Below, piece after piece: positions 12,911 through 27,900 of a stretch of 64,000 nt of DNA. Every line of letters begins with the position of its first letter. The first letter of the stretch is position 1. The position numbers and the translations under genes were made by a program. The DNA is from Phoronis australis (taxonomy: Eukaryota > Animalia > Phoronida): positions 263,863 to 327,862 of the forward strand of contig NMRA01000075.1 in the NCBI GenBank assembly GCA_002633005.1, read 5' to 3'. Under the pieces are notes generated by a model, which worked only from the letters and a program-made list of their open reading frames with translations, had not been told where the DNA came from and did no database searches.

Positions 12911-15900
12911 TGTACATGCAACGGTCTACAGACGGACTGTGCCTTTAACAAGGGATCCAATTCTTACGAGTGCGTGTGCGGCTTCAACAGCGATGGGAGA
13001 TTTTGTGAGAAATGTCTACCCCTGTTTAACCAATACAAGTTTGAATACGGAAAAACCTGCCAAGGTATAGTATGATTACACTCCATTTGCATAATATTGT
13101 TTCCAGGGTTACGCAAGACTCGTGTGATTTTGGTTTTAAAATCCTTCTGTTTTTGCATTGAAGTGAATTGTATGTCTTTGATTGGATAGGGAAATATCTG
13201 ATGTAAACGCGGTGTGGAATGCGGCAAAACCAGTCGGCTTTTAAAAGGTGTTATTTTTAGCCTGAATTCACTGTGTTTTAGATGCACTAGTTATGACTAT
13301 TAGTTCTTCATCTACTGAATCGGGCAGTATTACGAGGCTGACCTATTTTTATTCAGCATTTGGTTGGCTAGTGGTAGATAGCAGGCTTATTACTAAAAAT
13401 TGACTTCAAAAACAATAAATTATGACTGTGAACGTAGATCAGTCATTTCCTTTTTTATTGGTCAGCTACAACTCAACTTATAAATGATGTCGTTACGTTT
13501 GGCCAGCTGCTTTAACATCAGCTGATTTATCAATTTTATGTCCTCAATCAATTCACATTGGTGTCGGAAAGCAATCACTGTCATGGTTTATCGCTCACCT
13601 TCTCAATCTCCAACTGAAAGAAAACTCTACTTCAAAGCCCTAGCGGATCAGTTAGCGGAACTTAACCGCAANAGTCGGCTTTTAAAAGGTGTTATTTTTA
13701 TCCTGAATTCACTGTGTTTTAGATGCACTAGTTATGACTATTAGTTCTTCATCTACTGAATCGGGCAGTATTACGAGGCTGACCTATTTTTATTCAGCAT
13801 TTGGTTGGCTAGTGGTAGATAGCAGGCTTATTACTAAAAATTGACTTCAAAAACAATAAATTATGACTGTGAACGTAGATCAGTCATTTCCTTTTTTATT
13901 GGTCAGCTACAACTCAACTTATAAATGATGTCGTTACGTTTGGCCAGCTGCTTTAACATCAGCTGATTTATCAATTTTATGTCCTCTATCAATTCACATT
14001 GGTGTCGGAAAGCAATCACTGTCATGGTGTCATAGAAATTGAAACCATTTTGTTAGCGTGAATTTGTCTACTTTTTGACTTCCATGTTGATGATGTGGCT
14101 TGGAAAGACATGCCTCAACAGTCTATATATGTATTCATCATCTTTCACATTCCCGTTGACGGTCCATTGTAGCAAATTAAAATAAAGTGCAGAAAAACTC
14201 ACATTAGTCAGATACACATGAGGCAGATTTTTACATAAGGTAATGTAGGGACAAATTTGGTTGTTACTTCGGAATATCCTATTTCATAGATAGGAGTTGG
14301 GCTTTATATGGTGTTCCCCAAAATCCTATTCAGAATCATTTTTAAAGTGGTTCACTTTTGCACGAGAGGCTATCAGAAATAGGTCTTTTTTATTTTCATA
14401 AGAAAACCTTCAAAGTGCATGAAACGAAAATGAAATGGTATTTAGAAAGTTGTAACAGACAGTGTTTCTAAGAGTCCATCTTTTACAGTTTGCTATCAAT
14501 GTGCCTTTTGCTCCATTTTAATAAAAAGACGTGGTCACGTGACCCAATCAATGAGAGAATGAATGAGAAACGTCAAGAAACAATGTCTACAGGCTTTCTG
14601 CTTTCAGGAAATATATGTTTACTTTCATCTAGTTAAAATCTATATCTTAATAGGCACACTTGTCATTAAGTTCCTACTTAACCTGCAGTAGTGTAACTGT
14701 TGTTCTAGTTTGTACACTGAGGCTTTCATATAAGTTGAATTTTGGTTCGTTTGTGTCCGACTTCATGAGGTTTACTATACTGCAAAACCAGTTACTCCTT
14801 GTCAACATTGTCTTTTGGTGTGTCACACCCATATTGGTCTGATTTAGATTTAATCTCTTCAGCTTTGCTCATTGCACACTAACCATGAATAGTGTTATCA
14901 TCAACTATTGAATACTCTGATTGATTTATAATACATGATTTGGACACTATTGATCTGTGCTCAGAATGACTAGAGCCAAGTCTAACTACCCTTAGAATTC
15001 ACATTTACTGGCTACTAGGATGCTATTATTGAAACAAGTCCTGGCCATAACGTGCAGCTTTCATGAGAAGTCGATCAACATTAACCAAACTGCCTTGGCA
15101 GGAATATTTTATTTTTAGAAAAATTGTATCATTATTCATGAAACAGATAATAAATAAATTTTTTCTTTCAACAGTTGCACTTTTTAAGGAACTTTTTAAG
15201 TGTTGTGAGTGGGATTAAATTGTAACTGAGTGTCTAACTTATTCTTGTTTGTTTTTCATAATTTTTAATTATCAGTTCTTCATCAAAACTCACAATTTTA
15301 ATAAACAAATGTTGACCAAATTACTTGAGGTATACAATTTAGTGTAAACTGACAACTGGACAGGGAATTTATTTTGCAAATTTTTTGTTGTTATATTGAT
15401 ATTTTCACCTGTTATAATCATTATTCAAAGTAATGAGTGTAGAGTATCTTGGCAGCAATTTTTTTTTTCGACAAGTTTTTTTTGAAAACGACGTCAGTTA
15501 GTGGGATTCAGAAATAGTGGAACCTAAGACCTCATTGCTGAGTGGGCCTTAAATCACAGACCATATTCTCTGTGTGTGACTTAAGTCACAGACCATATTG
15601 CTGAATGGGACTTAAGTTACAGACCATATTGCTGAGTGGGACTTAAGTCAATATTGGTGAGTGGACCTTAAGTCACCTTTCATGAGACAGACCACTGATT
15701 TTTTTTTGTTGTGAGTCTTAGGAAGACTCTCTTCCACATTGTGAAATCATGTCTTACGGACTTCCTGATGAAGCCCCAAGATTCCTAGAAACTGGGAGTT
15801 CCTGGTCAAAAATATCCTACTTCTCAGTATTACAAACAGTACGGAAATCCCGAGTGATTTACTGAAAATACTCTAGACTAATTTTTATTTGTCTTAAAGA

Positions 15901-18900
15901 CGTACTTTTAAGTTGACATTAGGATCTTAATGCATTTACATTTATCAAGTAAAATCAGCCATGGAATGAATTTTATAAAATTTATTTATTGTGTTTGCCC
16001 AACCTTGAAATTTAAATTAAAATAGTTTGCAGGGAATTCCATTCAAAGTAGGTCTGTCACGCAACTCAACTATGGCTATTTCTGATGACCTTAGTTGACC
16101 TAATTACAGTCATTTCTCTAACAGTTCATACACTAGTGTACGAACTGTAATTTTGTTCCCTTGACATCTTCGTGTTCCAATTAATAGAGACAAAATTGGC
16201 CATACGAACTATTAGAGATGAAAGTCAAGTGAAATCAGTTATTAGAGATAAAATATCGGTAGTAACAAATGAATTACTGAGGGTGACTTCAAGAACCTGG
16301 TTTCAAGAACACCATTTTCAGCCACGCTGTCTGCCTGCTCCGAGTTTCTGACTGCAGTGCACTAGATGAAACATTTCGAAAAAATCAGTCCAGAGAATGT
16401 GACAGTGTGTTTGCCAACCCTTACAATTCAATTTGGGTGCCGGAAGCTCTCAGAATTTGAAGAATTGTACCAACTGAGCCGTGGTGTTTTTTCACATGAC
16501 AAAATTAAGCGCAACACACAACAACATCCTGTGTACAGCGCCACCTAGTATGCAGTGAAGGAGACATCGGGAAAGGCAGATGTTGAAAATTTTGTGCAGG
16601 TATTCAGCGCTTTTTGGATGGAAAAATGTGTTTCCCTGTGTTAGCTGGAAGTCTTTGGTTAATAAGAACTTGAAATATGTATAAAGTGAGAGCTAGTTAG
16701 GGTGACATCCAAGTTAAAATGTTCTTCTTATTTCAGAGTGTGAGTGCCATAATCACACGTCATCCTGTTATTACAATGCCACAGTTGAATCATTTGGACT
16801 CAGCGTAAATAAAGAGGGGAAGTCCTCTGGAGGTGGCGTGTGTGTTGACTGCTCCCATAATACAACAGGTAATTTCAAGAGCTCTGTGAATGGGTGACAA
16901 GAATTTCACAGTGGAGTGACAAACTCTGATGTCACTTTAAGACTGTCTTTGTCATTGGCTTCTACCTCTTAACGTTTGGTGATATCATAATCATTATGGT
17001 AGTTCAACTATTGAATGTTGTTGTATTCATTCAACACTCGTAAGCATATTGTGTACCAGGGTCTGGGGTCTAATCTTTGTACTTGGAATCGAACTCAGAA
17101 ATATTTGTTTCTTTTCTCCTTTTGTGTGAATTTAAGAAGTGAGTGTCTATTATTTTGTCCTCGAGTACATTATGGTTTACGTGGTTGACTGTCTAATCCT
17201 AGTTTACACTTGATGGCCTGAGCATTCAAGCTATAATTTCGAATCTGAAATGAAAATTTCAAATTTGTGCTTGAAATCTCAAGTTTCAACTCAACTTTGT
17301 ACCACAAATTTAGGGGTGATGAAGTGCAAACTTAGCCTAGAAACTGATTTGCAGGATTCATAATGTGTTTACCTGCAGTACAATGGATTCTTATCTTGAA
17401 TTTGCACAAAAGTACAGAAAATGAGTAAAATAATATGTTAGACCCTGAGTCCACAGTTCTCTCTTATGCGACTGAGTATTTAGAATTTACTTAACTTTTG
17501 CTATGTTTTTGCCAAAGTGTCCTGTTACCGTTGCAATGAAGTGTTTTAAGCATTCTTTATCATGACAGTGTTAAACTATCCTTGGTTTTATGTGAAAAGG
17601 TTAATCTTCTGAAATTATTTCCCCAGGGATCAACTGTGAGCAATGCTTGCCATACTTCTACCGCCCCATTGGGGTGAGTAAGTCACAGGCAGACGTCTGC
17701 CGCCAGTGTGGGTGTAGTGATCTCGGTTCTGATGTCAACCCTCTGTCGTCGCTACTCGGTGACTGTTTACGAGTACAAAATGATTCAGTGCTGCCTGCAG
17801 ACAAGGTAATGATTGTGAGGTGTCACTTCTGCCTTAGTATCCAGTGTCTAATCATTGCATCTCATTTTCTGCTATTTAAATGACATACTTTTAGTTCAAT
17901 TCATACTAATCAGGAGAAAATTTTCATGATTTAAATAGATTTTATCGGTTTTATGAATTTGAAGTAGTTATCAAATGACATAATGGTGTTTATAGGTGCC
18001 TGGCGACTGCTACTGTAAGACCTTTGTAGAGGGGAGGAAATGTGGTGTTTGTAAGCCGGGATACTTTAACCTGACCAGCTTGAATCCAGATGGATGCATA
18101 GGTAAGATATATTTGAGCGAAAAATATTCTAACATGTTGATACTTTCTAGCAAGGTATCAACCTGCCTTACAAGGAGAGCAACATAATGATTTTATTTCC
18201 TCTTGAAAGAACAGCTAGGAGCCAATTGTGCATGCAGTATATGAAAAAAGTAATCAGACAAAATACGATTTTGTTGTCGTGACAGACGATTGTGTTGTTA
18301 GGGCAGTTGCGTTCTAATTACAGAGTGGCTTGGTCACATGACCAACTTTACTGTTAATTCCCTTTCATTCTCGGTCCTAAGGAAAGACTACTGTCACGAT
18401 GAATTTTTGCATCTGCCCAGCCCTCATAATGGGAAATTCCGGGTCATTTTTTCTCAATACTTTTGGTTCGTACTGTAGGTACTAGATTTCTTCAGGCAGC
18501 TGAGTTGAAAATTTTAATGGCTCATTCATTAACTTATGTTCAGTAGAGTGGATTTTTTAGTCACATTTCAATCTCAACTCATAATTGTGTGCTTATTTTT
18601 CAAAATAAGTTGTGAAAATTACGTGTAAAAGTTTTTAACGTAAAATTGTATTTTATATACTGTATATGTTTATTTAGACTGTCTCTGTCATGCACCGGGA
18701 ACCGTCAACGGCAGTTTAGTTTGTCAGGGGGACACCAGGGGGCAGTGTCCCTGCAAGAACTTTACCACCAATCGCCAGTGTTCTGAGTGTCGTGACGAGT
18801 ACTATGGACTGGACGCTCAGAAGACCGAGGGCTGCACACCATGCGATTGTGACATAGGTGGCAGCACCAATCCAGTTTGTAACAAGACAACTGGACAGTG

Positions 18901-21900
18901 TGACTGTAAAGCCAATGTTCAGGATCTCCGGTGTAATGTGTAAGTGCTGCATGTTGACTTGTTATTTATTTACGTACTTGATGTTGATACGTTGATTTGC
19001 CCTAGAAAAAACATGAATGAGAAAATAACTCTTCTGCAACCATTGGAAAGTAGCAGTCTTTTGTAAATGTAGAAATAGATTTGAACCAAGTCACAATTCT
19101 TCAATGGCAAAATATTCCGACTGTTTTCTTTGGTCAAACTGGTGGCTTTTTTTGTCAGTTACGGATTTGGGCTGTTCCAGTAAAAGCCGTGTGGGAGGGG
19201 GAGGACGGCAGTAGAAATAAAAATTCATGGGTCGTGGTCTTCAGAAAAAAACTCAAATTATGGGTGGTCGCTCCTGTAAGAAGTGATGCATTAAAAATGG
19301 GTGGTATTTTTTGACCTGTTAATGTTGACAGTTTGGTTACTTCAGCCCTCAAAACTCACAAAATTTTCAATTGGCATGTATCCTAACTTATCCCAATACA
19401 AAAAAGCCCATATTGCCAGTGAACAGAGTGCAATATGTTCACTAAGCCATTAAGCCATTAAAGTCATGGGCAACTTGATATGAGCCAACTGTTTGTCTGC
19501 AGTCCTATTGAATTGAAAAGTTATGCAACACTAAACTGGTGTTAACACATATAAGAAAATTGATGAATTTTAAATAAAAAGTATGAGGAGTAAGATAAAC
19601 AAGTTCCAATATTCACTTCACATAGAAGTATAAAAGAGTTCGTGGAGACAGTTTGAGATTCACAGATCCTTATAATTGAAAAAATGTTCATTGAAATTAT
19701 AGACACATGGTGAACAGAGACACCTGGTGGCTGCCAAAAGTATTGCTCACAGGCTACTTTAGTTTTTGACAATATTGGACAAGACAACTAGTTCTTGTCT
19801 GTCAATCATCTAAGTTCTTAACAGGTCCTCCTGGAGGCAATTTATTTGCAAGTGTTGGATTTTATATTTTAACCTATTAAAAATAATTAAAAAATTATGG
19901 GTCATGGGTTGGAGAAATAAATGAAAAATATGGGCGGTGAGTACGAAATAAAAGTGCCTTCCCCCCTCCCATACAGATTTTGCTGGAACAGCCCTTAGTT
20001 GATAACATTTGTCTGCGTTTTTCTTTCAGTGTCCAAGACGGGTTCTATGTACCTGGCCTTCACATGTATCGAGCTGTGTTTGAAGCATGGAAGTCGCCGT
20101 ACTTTGAGTTCCTCAAACCTGGCTATACAGGTCACGGTTACATGAATTTGGAGAATAAAGTGAGTAAATTAAAGTTTAAGGTATGACCTTTTACTCCAAC
20201 ATGCATTTTCAATAAATAATTTAAATTTATTTAATATTTATTTTATTATTGTAATATTTAAAATGAGGGTGGCCTCTTCAGTGATTGCCCTGCTTTCCAA
20301 GAGGGCCCTCAAATAATGTGAATTTATAAGATCTTGTTAATTGAAGATGTTGTCGATCTTCCGTCAAAGAAGCTAACTTGATATATAGACCACTTATCAC
20401 ATTACAGTTTGATCCTCATCTTTAATGAAATGCAATTTTCGATGAAAGGCGGGTAGAGGTTTCAGGGAATTGGACTCTGAGTTCAGAAATGGATCTCGTT
20501 CCTTGAACACCCGTCTTTTAGGACTCTGGTGAATGATTTCTAGCACACAATGTTGTATCAAGAAAATTCTGTAACAGAATGGTAACTTATTTACACAGTT
20601 ATCACAGGTTCTTGTAAAATTAATAAAGTTTTACTTTAAACTTTAATAGGAGGGATATCATGAATGAAAAAATTAAAAAATGTCCTTTTAAAACTCCATT
20701 GAACTTACAAGATTGTGCAAAGTATTTCTCTTACTGAAATGACAGACAGTGTAATGTGGTCATGATCACTTTGGTTTCCCGTGGCAAAGCATATGATTCA
20801 TTTTGTCTCAAAATAAGCTTGTAGGTGAAAGTTAAGTCCACCAGAAGAGACTGAGTTTCATTTTGATACCTTTGTATCATAATAGTATTTCTTCTTGTTG
20901 AAAACTGGTGAAATTTTGGAGCAAAAATTTCTTGGATAATTTTCAAATATTAAGTGATGTCTTTTGTCTTATCTCCTGGATTCACACCATAAATGACAAA
21001 TTCAAATAAATTTTAACTAAATTTGTCAACTTTCTACGAAACTACTGCACATCTTAATCACTATAGTCAAAAACTAAATCTTCTGTGTTGATGTGTTTCA
21101 GAATGACTCTGTGGAGAGTACCCTGTCTGTACCGGCTGCCATGACAGCGCGTGTGGTCCTCAAGTATTCGACCACTGAAGCTGTAAACGTGGAGATCACA
21201 GAGAATGCAACTACTGGTAATGAGAGGCTTTCACGAAGCGGTAGTTACTGTTTATTTGGGTCCAGTGACTCTCAGCACCCTCTATTTAATCAGGAGGCTT
21301 TTTCATTTTTGTACAAACCCCATTAGAATGCACCTATTTTGAAAACTGCTGTTTTTAGACTTCTGTCTTTGATTTGAAGTAATTTATCAAGACAGTATGG
21401 ACATTGTAGACATGCATTATTTTTCCAGGAAATGGAATCCATATACTGAATGCCACAACTTGTGGCTCCACCTGGTGTTACAAACATGTGGCCAATGTGA
21501 ACCTTGAAGTTGGACCTGTACTGTTTGTGGTCAAAGTGAACAACACATTGAACAACGAGTTTGCTGTGGTAAATTTTACTTTCTGTTATGTACATTGCAT
21601 GCAAATTCTCCATTATTTTTTTAACTGTAATTTGTGTTTATTTATAGCACATAGAATTATGACGTAGCCTCAGGTATTTCACACCTAGTCGTACTCTGTT
21701 ATAAGCAAGATTTCTGCCAGTTGAACACTGCAGTCTTGTATCATACTTCCATTGGAGCTTGTAAAAAATTCGTCAGTGAGTGTTGATGTTTTAGGAATTT
21801 TATATGGTATGGTGATGTGTTTGCAGGATTATGTGTATGCAGTCCCAAAAGACATCTACGATGCATCTCTGTTTGGTGCTTCTGGTAGCAGTGTTGCGTC

Positions 21901-24900
21901 TGAGTGCGAGTTTCTCTCAAAACACTTGCCGTAAGTACAAAATAAAATGTTTGGCAGGTTTAAAGGAAAATTAGAATTTTGAAAGTGATTTAGGCTGTAA
22001 AGTTTAGTTTCAAATTGCATTTGTGGTTTTACTAGTATGCGCTTTGGTTTAGGTTCATTTATGCTCATTTTCTCGTGAGCAGAAGACTGAAATTAGGAGA
22101 TACACAGTTACTATTTGTTAAAAAATATTAACAGATTGGTAGTGTATAAAATTGCAAAATATTGTACATTACATATCTGAGGAACAAAGGGTTCTATAAC
22201 TGATACCTAGTATCTAGATTCCACACACATTTCACAAAGATTTACTACAGACTATGTGCATATCTAGTGATTTTAAATGGTAAGGACGCCCATTGTTTCT
22301 AAATTTCATCATAATCACGTTGAAAATCTGCTCACACCTCTATTTATTCTGTAGTCTTGCCGATGATACAGTTTCATACTGAAAGTTTTAATGGCGATTT
22401 GCATAAATTTGTCATTGATAATAGAGAAACCCCAAAAGAAACCAGGTTATGAGATATTACGGGAGAACATGTTGGTCAGTAAGTGATTATTTCTTATTCC
22501 TGTGAGGTATTTTTAGTAATTACAAAATTATTCAAGTTCTTTGTTACGAAATTTTTGTCAACTGTATGAAAAAATAAGAGCACTTTTTGTAGTTTCATGG
22601 CATAATGGATGGTCAACAAACTTTTTTACTTAGTACACAAACTCTTATTTTCAGAACTAAGGGATTGTGCAAAGAACGTGTCTTCTCTCTCATGACTGAC
22701 TACTTCAAGGGGTCACTAAGCTGTGACTGTGACCCCGTTGGTAGCTATAACAACTCGTGTGACCCCTATGGTGGCCAGTGTGCCTGTAAGCCAGGAGTAA
22801 CTGGCCGTACCTGTGACCAGTGTCAAGTGTTGAAGTATAACTTTACAGACACAGGCTGCTCAGGTGAGGTGGAAGGTTACTGTGGACAGAAATTTGTAAA
22901 ATCTTTTATTACGGTTTGGGCTTTGAATGAGCATGTACCTAAATATAAAAGTTGAAGTTCGGAAATTTTGAATATGAAACGTGGGTGTCATGCTGTGAAC
23001 ATTCCCACTAAACGAGATGACGTCACAACCCCATTCATCAGGGAAAACGTTGGGGTTTGGCCGATTGAACTAGACCATATTTATCCACCTTCGCTGTGTT
23101 GCGTTAAGCTCACGATCAAAGGGATCCCTCCTATCTGCTCTATTCATCGAGTCACAAGCAAGGATAATTGGCGTCGGTCATGCTGATATGATCTGCTGAT
23201 TACAATCTAGCCTAGATGACCGTACTCTTTGTGAAGAGTGTTTTACGTAGTTTTGAGTGTAATATTTGAAAAGAAGAGAGAGAAAAAAATGTTGGTGCAA
23301 CTTTGAATTTTTCAAATCGGCCCAGAATAAGAGATTTAGCAACACAGCAACACTCACTCATTTGGCGCGCACGAATACAAAAATATAGGACCCAAGTTAT
23401 TTAGATTTTGGAAGACATGCATTGCAATATTCAAAATACGTTTATTATAGCTCTTACAAGCTGTAAAACGACATTGTTTAATTTCATTGTGCTCATTCCT
23501 TGTCATCCGTCAAATTGGAAATTTCCGAGATGTGATCTGCGGCGTGCGCGTATGTATACAAAACACGGGATCGCTATGTGCCTGAATTACGAACATTAAG
23601 AAACTTTAGCATGCCGGTATTATTGACAGGGACACGATAAAACACATTTGGATTGTGACGATAGTCTTGATACAGCGAGCTGGCTGACTCTAGGTACCAC
23701 TGCGTCACTGTCTCCGTCAGACCCAGAAATTTCACATAGCCCGGGTAGTTCACCTCGTCCCCAACATGTAGATCGAACATAGGACTATTAATGTTTTACT
23801 CCACGGTAGAGCTAACGACCGTCAACCTGTGTACACAAAATCTGAGTTAACCGGCACTCACCTTGCACGTTGCAGCCGTTTAAGTGAAAAACAATCTAAT
23901 AAACACCATTTTCTTGCATAATCCTCCGCCTTTTGTAACAAAAGTCTGTCTTCGATGACCTGCACGCGCTCACTCACTCACTCTCATATGCAGACGAACT
24001 TCAAAACAAACATCACGTGACAACAACATGTGTGTTGATCCAGAGGTTTTTCTCGTGTTGTGGGGTACGATGTAGCGCAGATTTGGACTTAATCGCAATT
24101 AATCTGGGCTCCACATGAACTTAAAAAAATGTAAAACATAAGGAGGATTTCAGGTAATACGTTGAGTCAAAACTGTATTTTTATTCAAGAGTTCAAGTTT
24201 TCCTATCGACAATCGCGATTCAGTGACGTATCAGTCGGCAAGTTTTCGCCCTGGGATTTCAGCACAATTTTTTGAAAAATGCTCGTAATTTAACAACAGA
24301 GTTTGATAGCAATGCACCACAATTTTGTAGAAAGACTGTCATAGGCTACAAATACGTCACAGAGATTAAATTTGATAAATCCTAGCTCCCGATTTTACCA
24401 GTTTCGGAAACCGGGTTTCAACTGCCTTTGGCTACGATAAGTGTCCCTTCCCCGTGAAATGAATTTTTCTAAGCGCCTGGTATACAGCTTTCCACCAAGG
24501 CTAGGTGATGCTATGACATGTTGCTTGTACGGATTGTTGCCAACTTTTTTCTTGTTTTCATGGCATAATGATGGCGGAAATGAAAACTTTGCAAATTTGA
24601 ATTTTAATGTTTGCCAATCCAGAAAATCAGAGGTCGGTAAACCAAGTTTTTTAAAACATTTTCGGTGAAAGACTAGCAGAAGATGCCCACTCTTTCAAAA
24701 TTGCCATGAAGGTATTAACTCTTCCATGCAGCATTATTTAACTGGTCTTGACTAAATATCATTTTATGGCAAAGTCATCCATTCAACCAAAAGTAGTTCC
24801 ATGCTTGGCTTATTAACCAATTACTCACGCATGCTGACACACAATAGAAGCCTGATAAGAGTGAAGGTGGATCAATGTGGTCTTCCTATATTTTCTTGTG

Positions 24901-27900
24901 GTAGTGGATGTGTTCACAAAATGTGTAGCCATTTTATGGGAAAACTTCTGTTTGAGGCACAATATGGCGGACATGTGAAATTTCGTTTTATTAAATTTCT
25001 CAACAAAAATTGCTTTTCAGGATAATTTTGTTTGATTTAGTACGGTTTGAGCATTTGCAATGTGTTCAGTCTCTGAAAAATTGAAATGTGGCAATTTTAG
25101 CAGCCAATTATTTTTGTTCCAAGTTGAAGAATTTTAGCGTAAAAGTGTTTTCAATTTAATTGTTTTTAACTTAATCACTGAATAATTCTTAACTTTTCAG
25201 TGACAGCGCGAAAGTCCCTGGAGCTTGTATGTAACACGTGTAACAAAACTTTGATTTCATGTAGCTGTTCCTTGCTGGGTTCATTTTGTGCTTTAAATCT
25301 CGCTCATCCTCAATGCACAAAATTAGTCGATATACTTCAGTGTTGCCTGTATGTTGCTTTAATGGACATTTGCTTGAGCTCCACGTATACTCGTCTGTTC
25401 TGCAATGAGTAAGAATATAAATCCCCAACAGACATGATTATAAAAAAATTAATGCAGTTAATCTTTGAGACTGGTCATGTCTCGTCTTCAGGCAGAAATA
25501 CATGTTCAGAAGGATGGTTGCGTATTTGATGTGTGAAGTTGTTGTTTGCGCTGCTTGAAACGTGCTATGCATGATAGCTTGAGACTATTTGAGGATCTGG
25601 GAGTGTGGAAAGCGAGCTTGCAATTTTACCAGTTTTGTTATGCTTGTAGCTTGCAACTGTGCTGGAGATGATAAGATCTGTAATGTAGTGACTGGCCAGT
25701 GTACGTGTCCAGCCAACACAAGAGGGCGCCAGTGTGACCAGTGCAGTGTGAATCACTGGTCATGGAACTCTACAACTGGCTGTCAGGTGAATATTGCTTA
25801 GCGCCTCATGCTGTGCCATTTCGGAGGTTAAATTCCGACTGAAATGAAATGATTCTGTGGTTGAGTAGCCAATTGCTGAAACAATGATTACTAAAATCCA
25901 TTTGCTTTCTGGAACAATTTACTGTAAAATTTTGACTGCTGGCGTGTTTATAAGAAAATTTATGTTGCTTTTCAAGCGTGTGCTCGTATACCAGTGTTAG
26001 CGGCCCTACCATTTGAAAACGAGGTCAGTTTAGTATACAATATATTTATCTACCTGCGCAGTATGTATCTGACATGTCGGTGGTGTTTTTCTTCATTTGT
26101 GTCCAATCTTTTTTCTACCCCAGACCTGCATGTGTGACCCGGTTGGAAGTTCCAGTCTTCAATGCAACTTGACCTCTGGTCAGTGCGATTGTAAGCCAGG
26201 CGTTGGAGGGTATAAGTGTCCGTATTGTCTGCCCGGCTATAAGAACCTGACCACTATTGGCTGTGTTGAGTGTGGCTGCGACATGAGGGGAAGCCTGAGC
26301 AGCACTTGTAGTAATGCAACGGGACAATGCCCCTGCAAGGTAGGGTACTTCGTGAAGATGAGGGAGGGTATTTGGCTTCTTCTTACCAACAAAAGTATAC
26401 AGGAACAGTTTATAATCATTTTTGTTTTAAATAAATTGTGACTGAATTTAGTTGCTTCTTTTCTAGATGACAGGTGTTTAAAACTCAGTCTGGTAAAAGA
26501 CTGATTTCAAAGTTTTGAAGATTTTTTTCATGAAGTAGTTAACATTTAACTTTCAATCTTTTTTTGTTTCATGTCCAGTCCAATGTCCAAGGCTTGTGGT
26601 GTGACCAGTGCAAGCCTAGCACTTTCAATCTGGCCGCTGACCAGTCGCAGGGATGTCTGGACTGCATCTGTATGGGAATCACTGACCAATGTGACAGTAC
26701 ATCGCAGTTGTCACAGCAGGTGAGCACAGTAGTTGCTGTAGTACAGCAGTTGCTGTACTGTGATAATCATGTTACTGCATGCTGTACTAATGCAGCAAAG
26801 CATGAATCTTGTGTGTGGATGGATAATATTGATCGCTGCATCTTGCTTCTTATTAAATCAGTGAAGAATAATGAGGCTAAATATTTTTTATTTAAATTTT
26901 AATTATTTCATCTTTTGTTTTCATATTCATCTGATCCAGTTTACATGAAACAATTTGTTTGATCACAAAGTAATGTATCAGGCATAACTAACAGTGACAA
27001 GGTACTTACTAGTGAAAGTCTTGGTCTCTAGTATTTCCTGGAAATATTTTGATTTCTTCCTTCATAGCCAAGTGTATATTACTGGTTATTGGCACGTGTC
27101 AAATTTCTTTCTTTGCAGTACTTCTTTTGTCTTCATAGGAACAAATGGTACAACTGACTGTGATCATGATAGAAACCTGTATATGACATGTCATTAAAAA
27201 AATTTCCTGAATTTGGTTTCTTCTATTTTTTTTAGATCACATTGCCCTTGAACAACTCAGCGAATAGTAATGGTTTTAAAGTGGTTAATGCATCTGGAGG
27301 ACCACTGTCGTATCAGTTAAGCTCTGACCACACTGTTAAAGTATTTGTCAACCAAGGTCAGCAGCCATTCTTTCAAAGCGATCAGTTCCATGGCAACCTA
27401 TTAGGTCTGTCCACGATCCGCTACCCGATGACCATCACGAGGAACACTCCGGGTCTCTATGGCAACCTAACAGCTCATCTGATTGGTCACAAGAACAGAA
27501 AGCTTATTTATCTGCTCGGTGTGCCAGAATCGAGTGCCAACTCTCTTGACGTGGAGATCACATTTGACGAGCTGAATTGGCTGGACGAATCCACTGGGCA
27601 GTTACTGAGCAGAGGAGAGTTTCTGTTGACCGTTACTGACGTGTCCTCTCTAATGCTTCCCCTCTGGTATTATCAGGGTAATTGTAATGTAACGTAAGTA
27701 CCGTTGAATGTGCACCAGCTCAAGTGCAGTGTGCCTAGTTTAATACTTGCAATGCCTGACTGTTTAAATTAATTTGTCCATGACTTTAGGACGTAGTAGT
27801 AGTATGACTGGAAAGAGCTATTAAGTATTTACAAACATGTAATGTAAATATCAGTACGGGTAGTTAAGTCACCCTGTATGGAATATTAGTCGGTGACTTT

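Noticed and set aside
15760-15800. Hammerhead-ribozyme-like CTGATGA...GAAA
   Set aside because: Stem II cannot pair properly and no flanking stems with a cleavage triplet were found.
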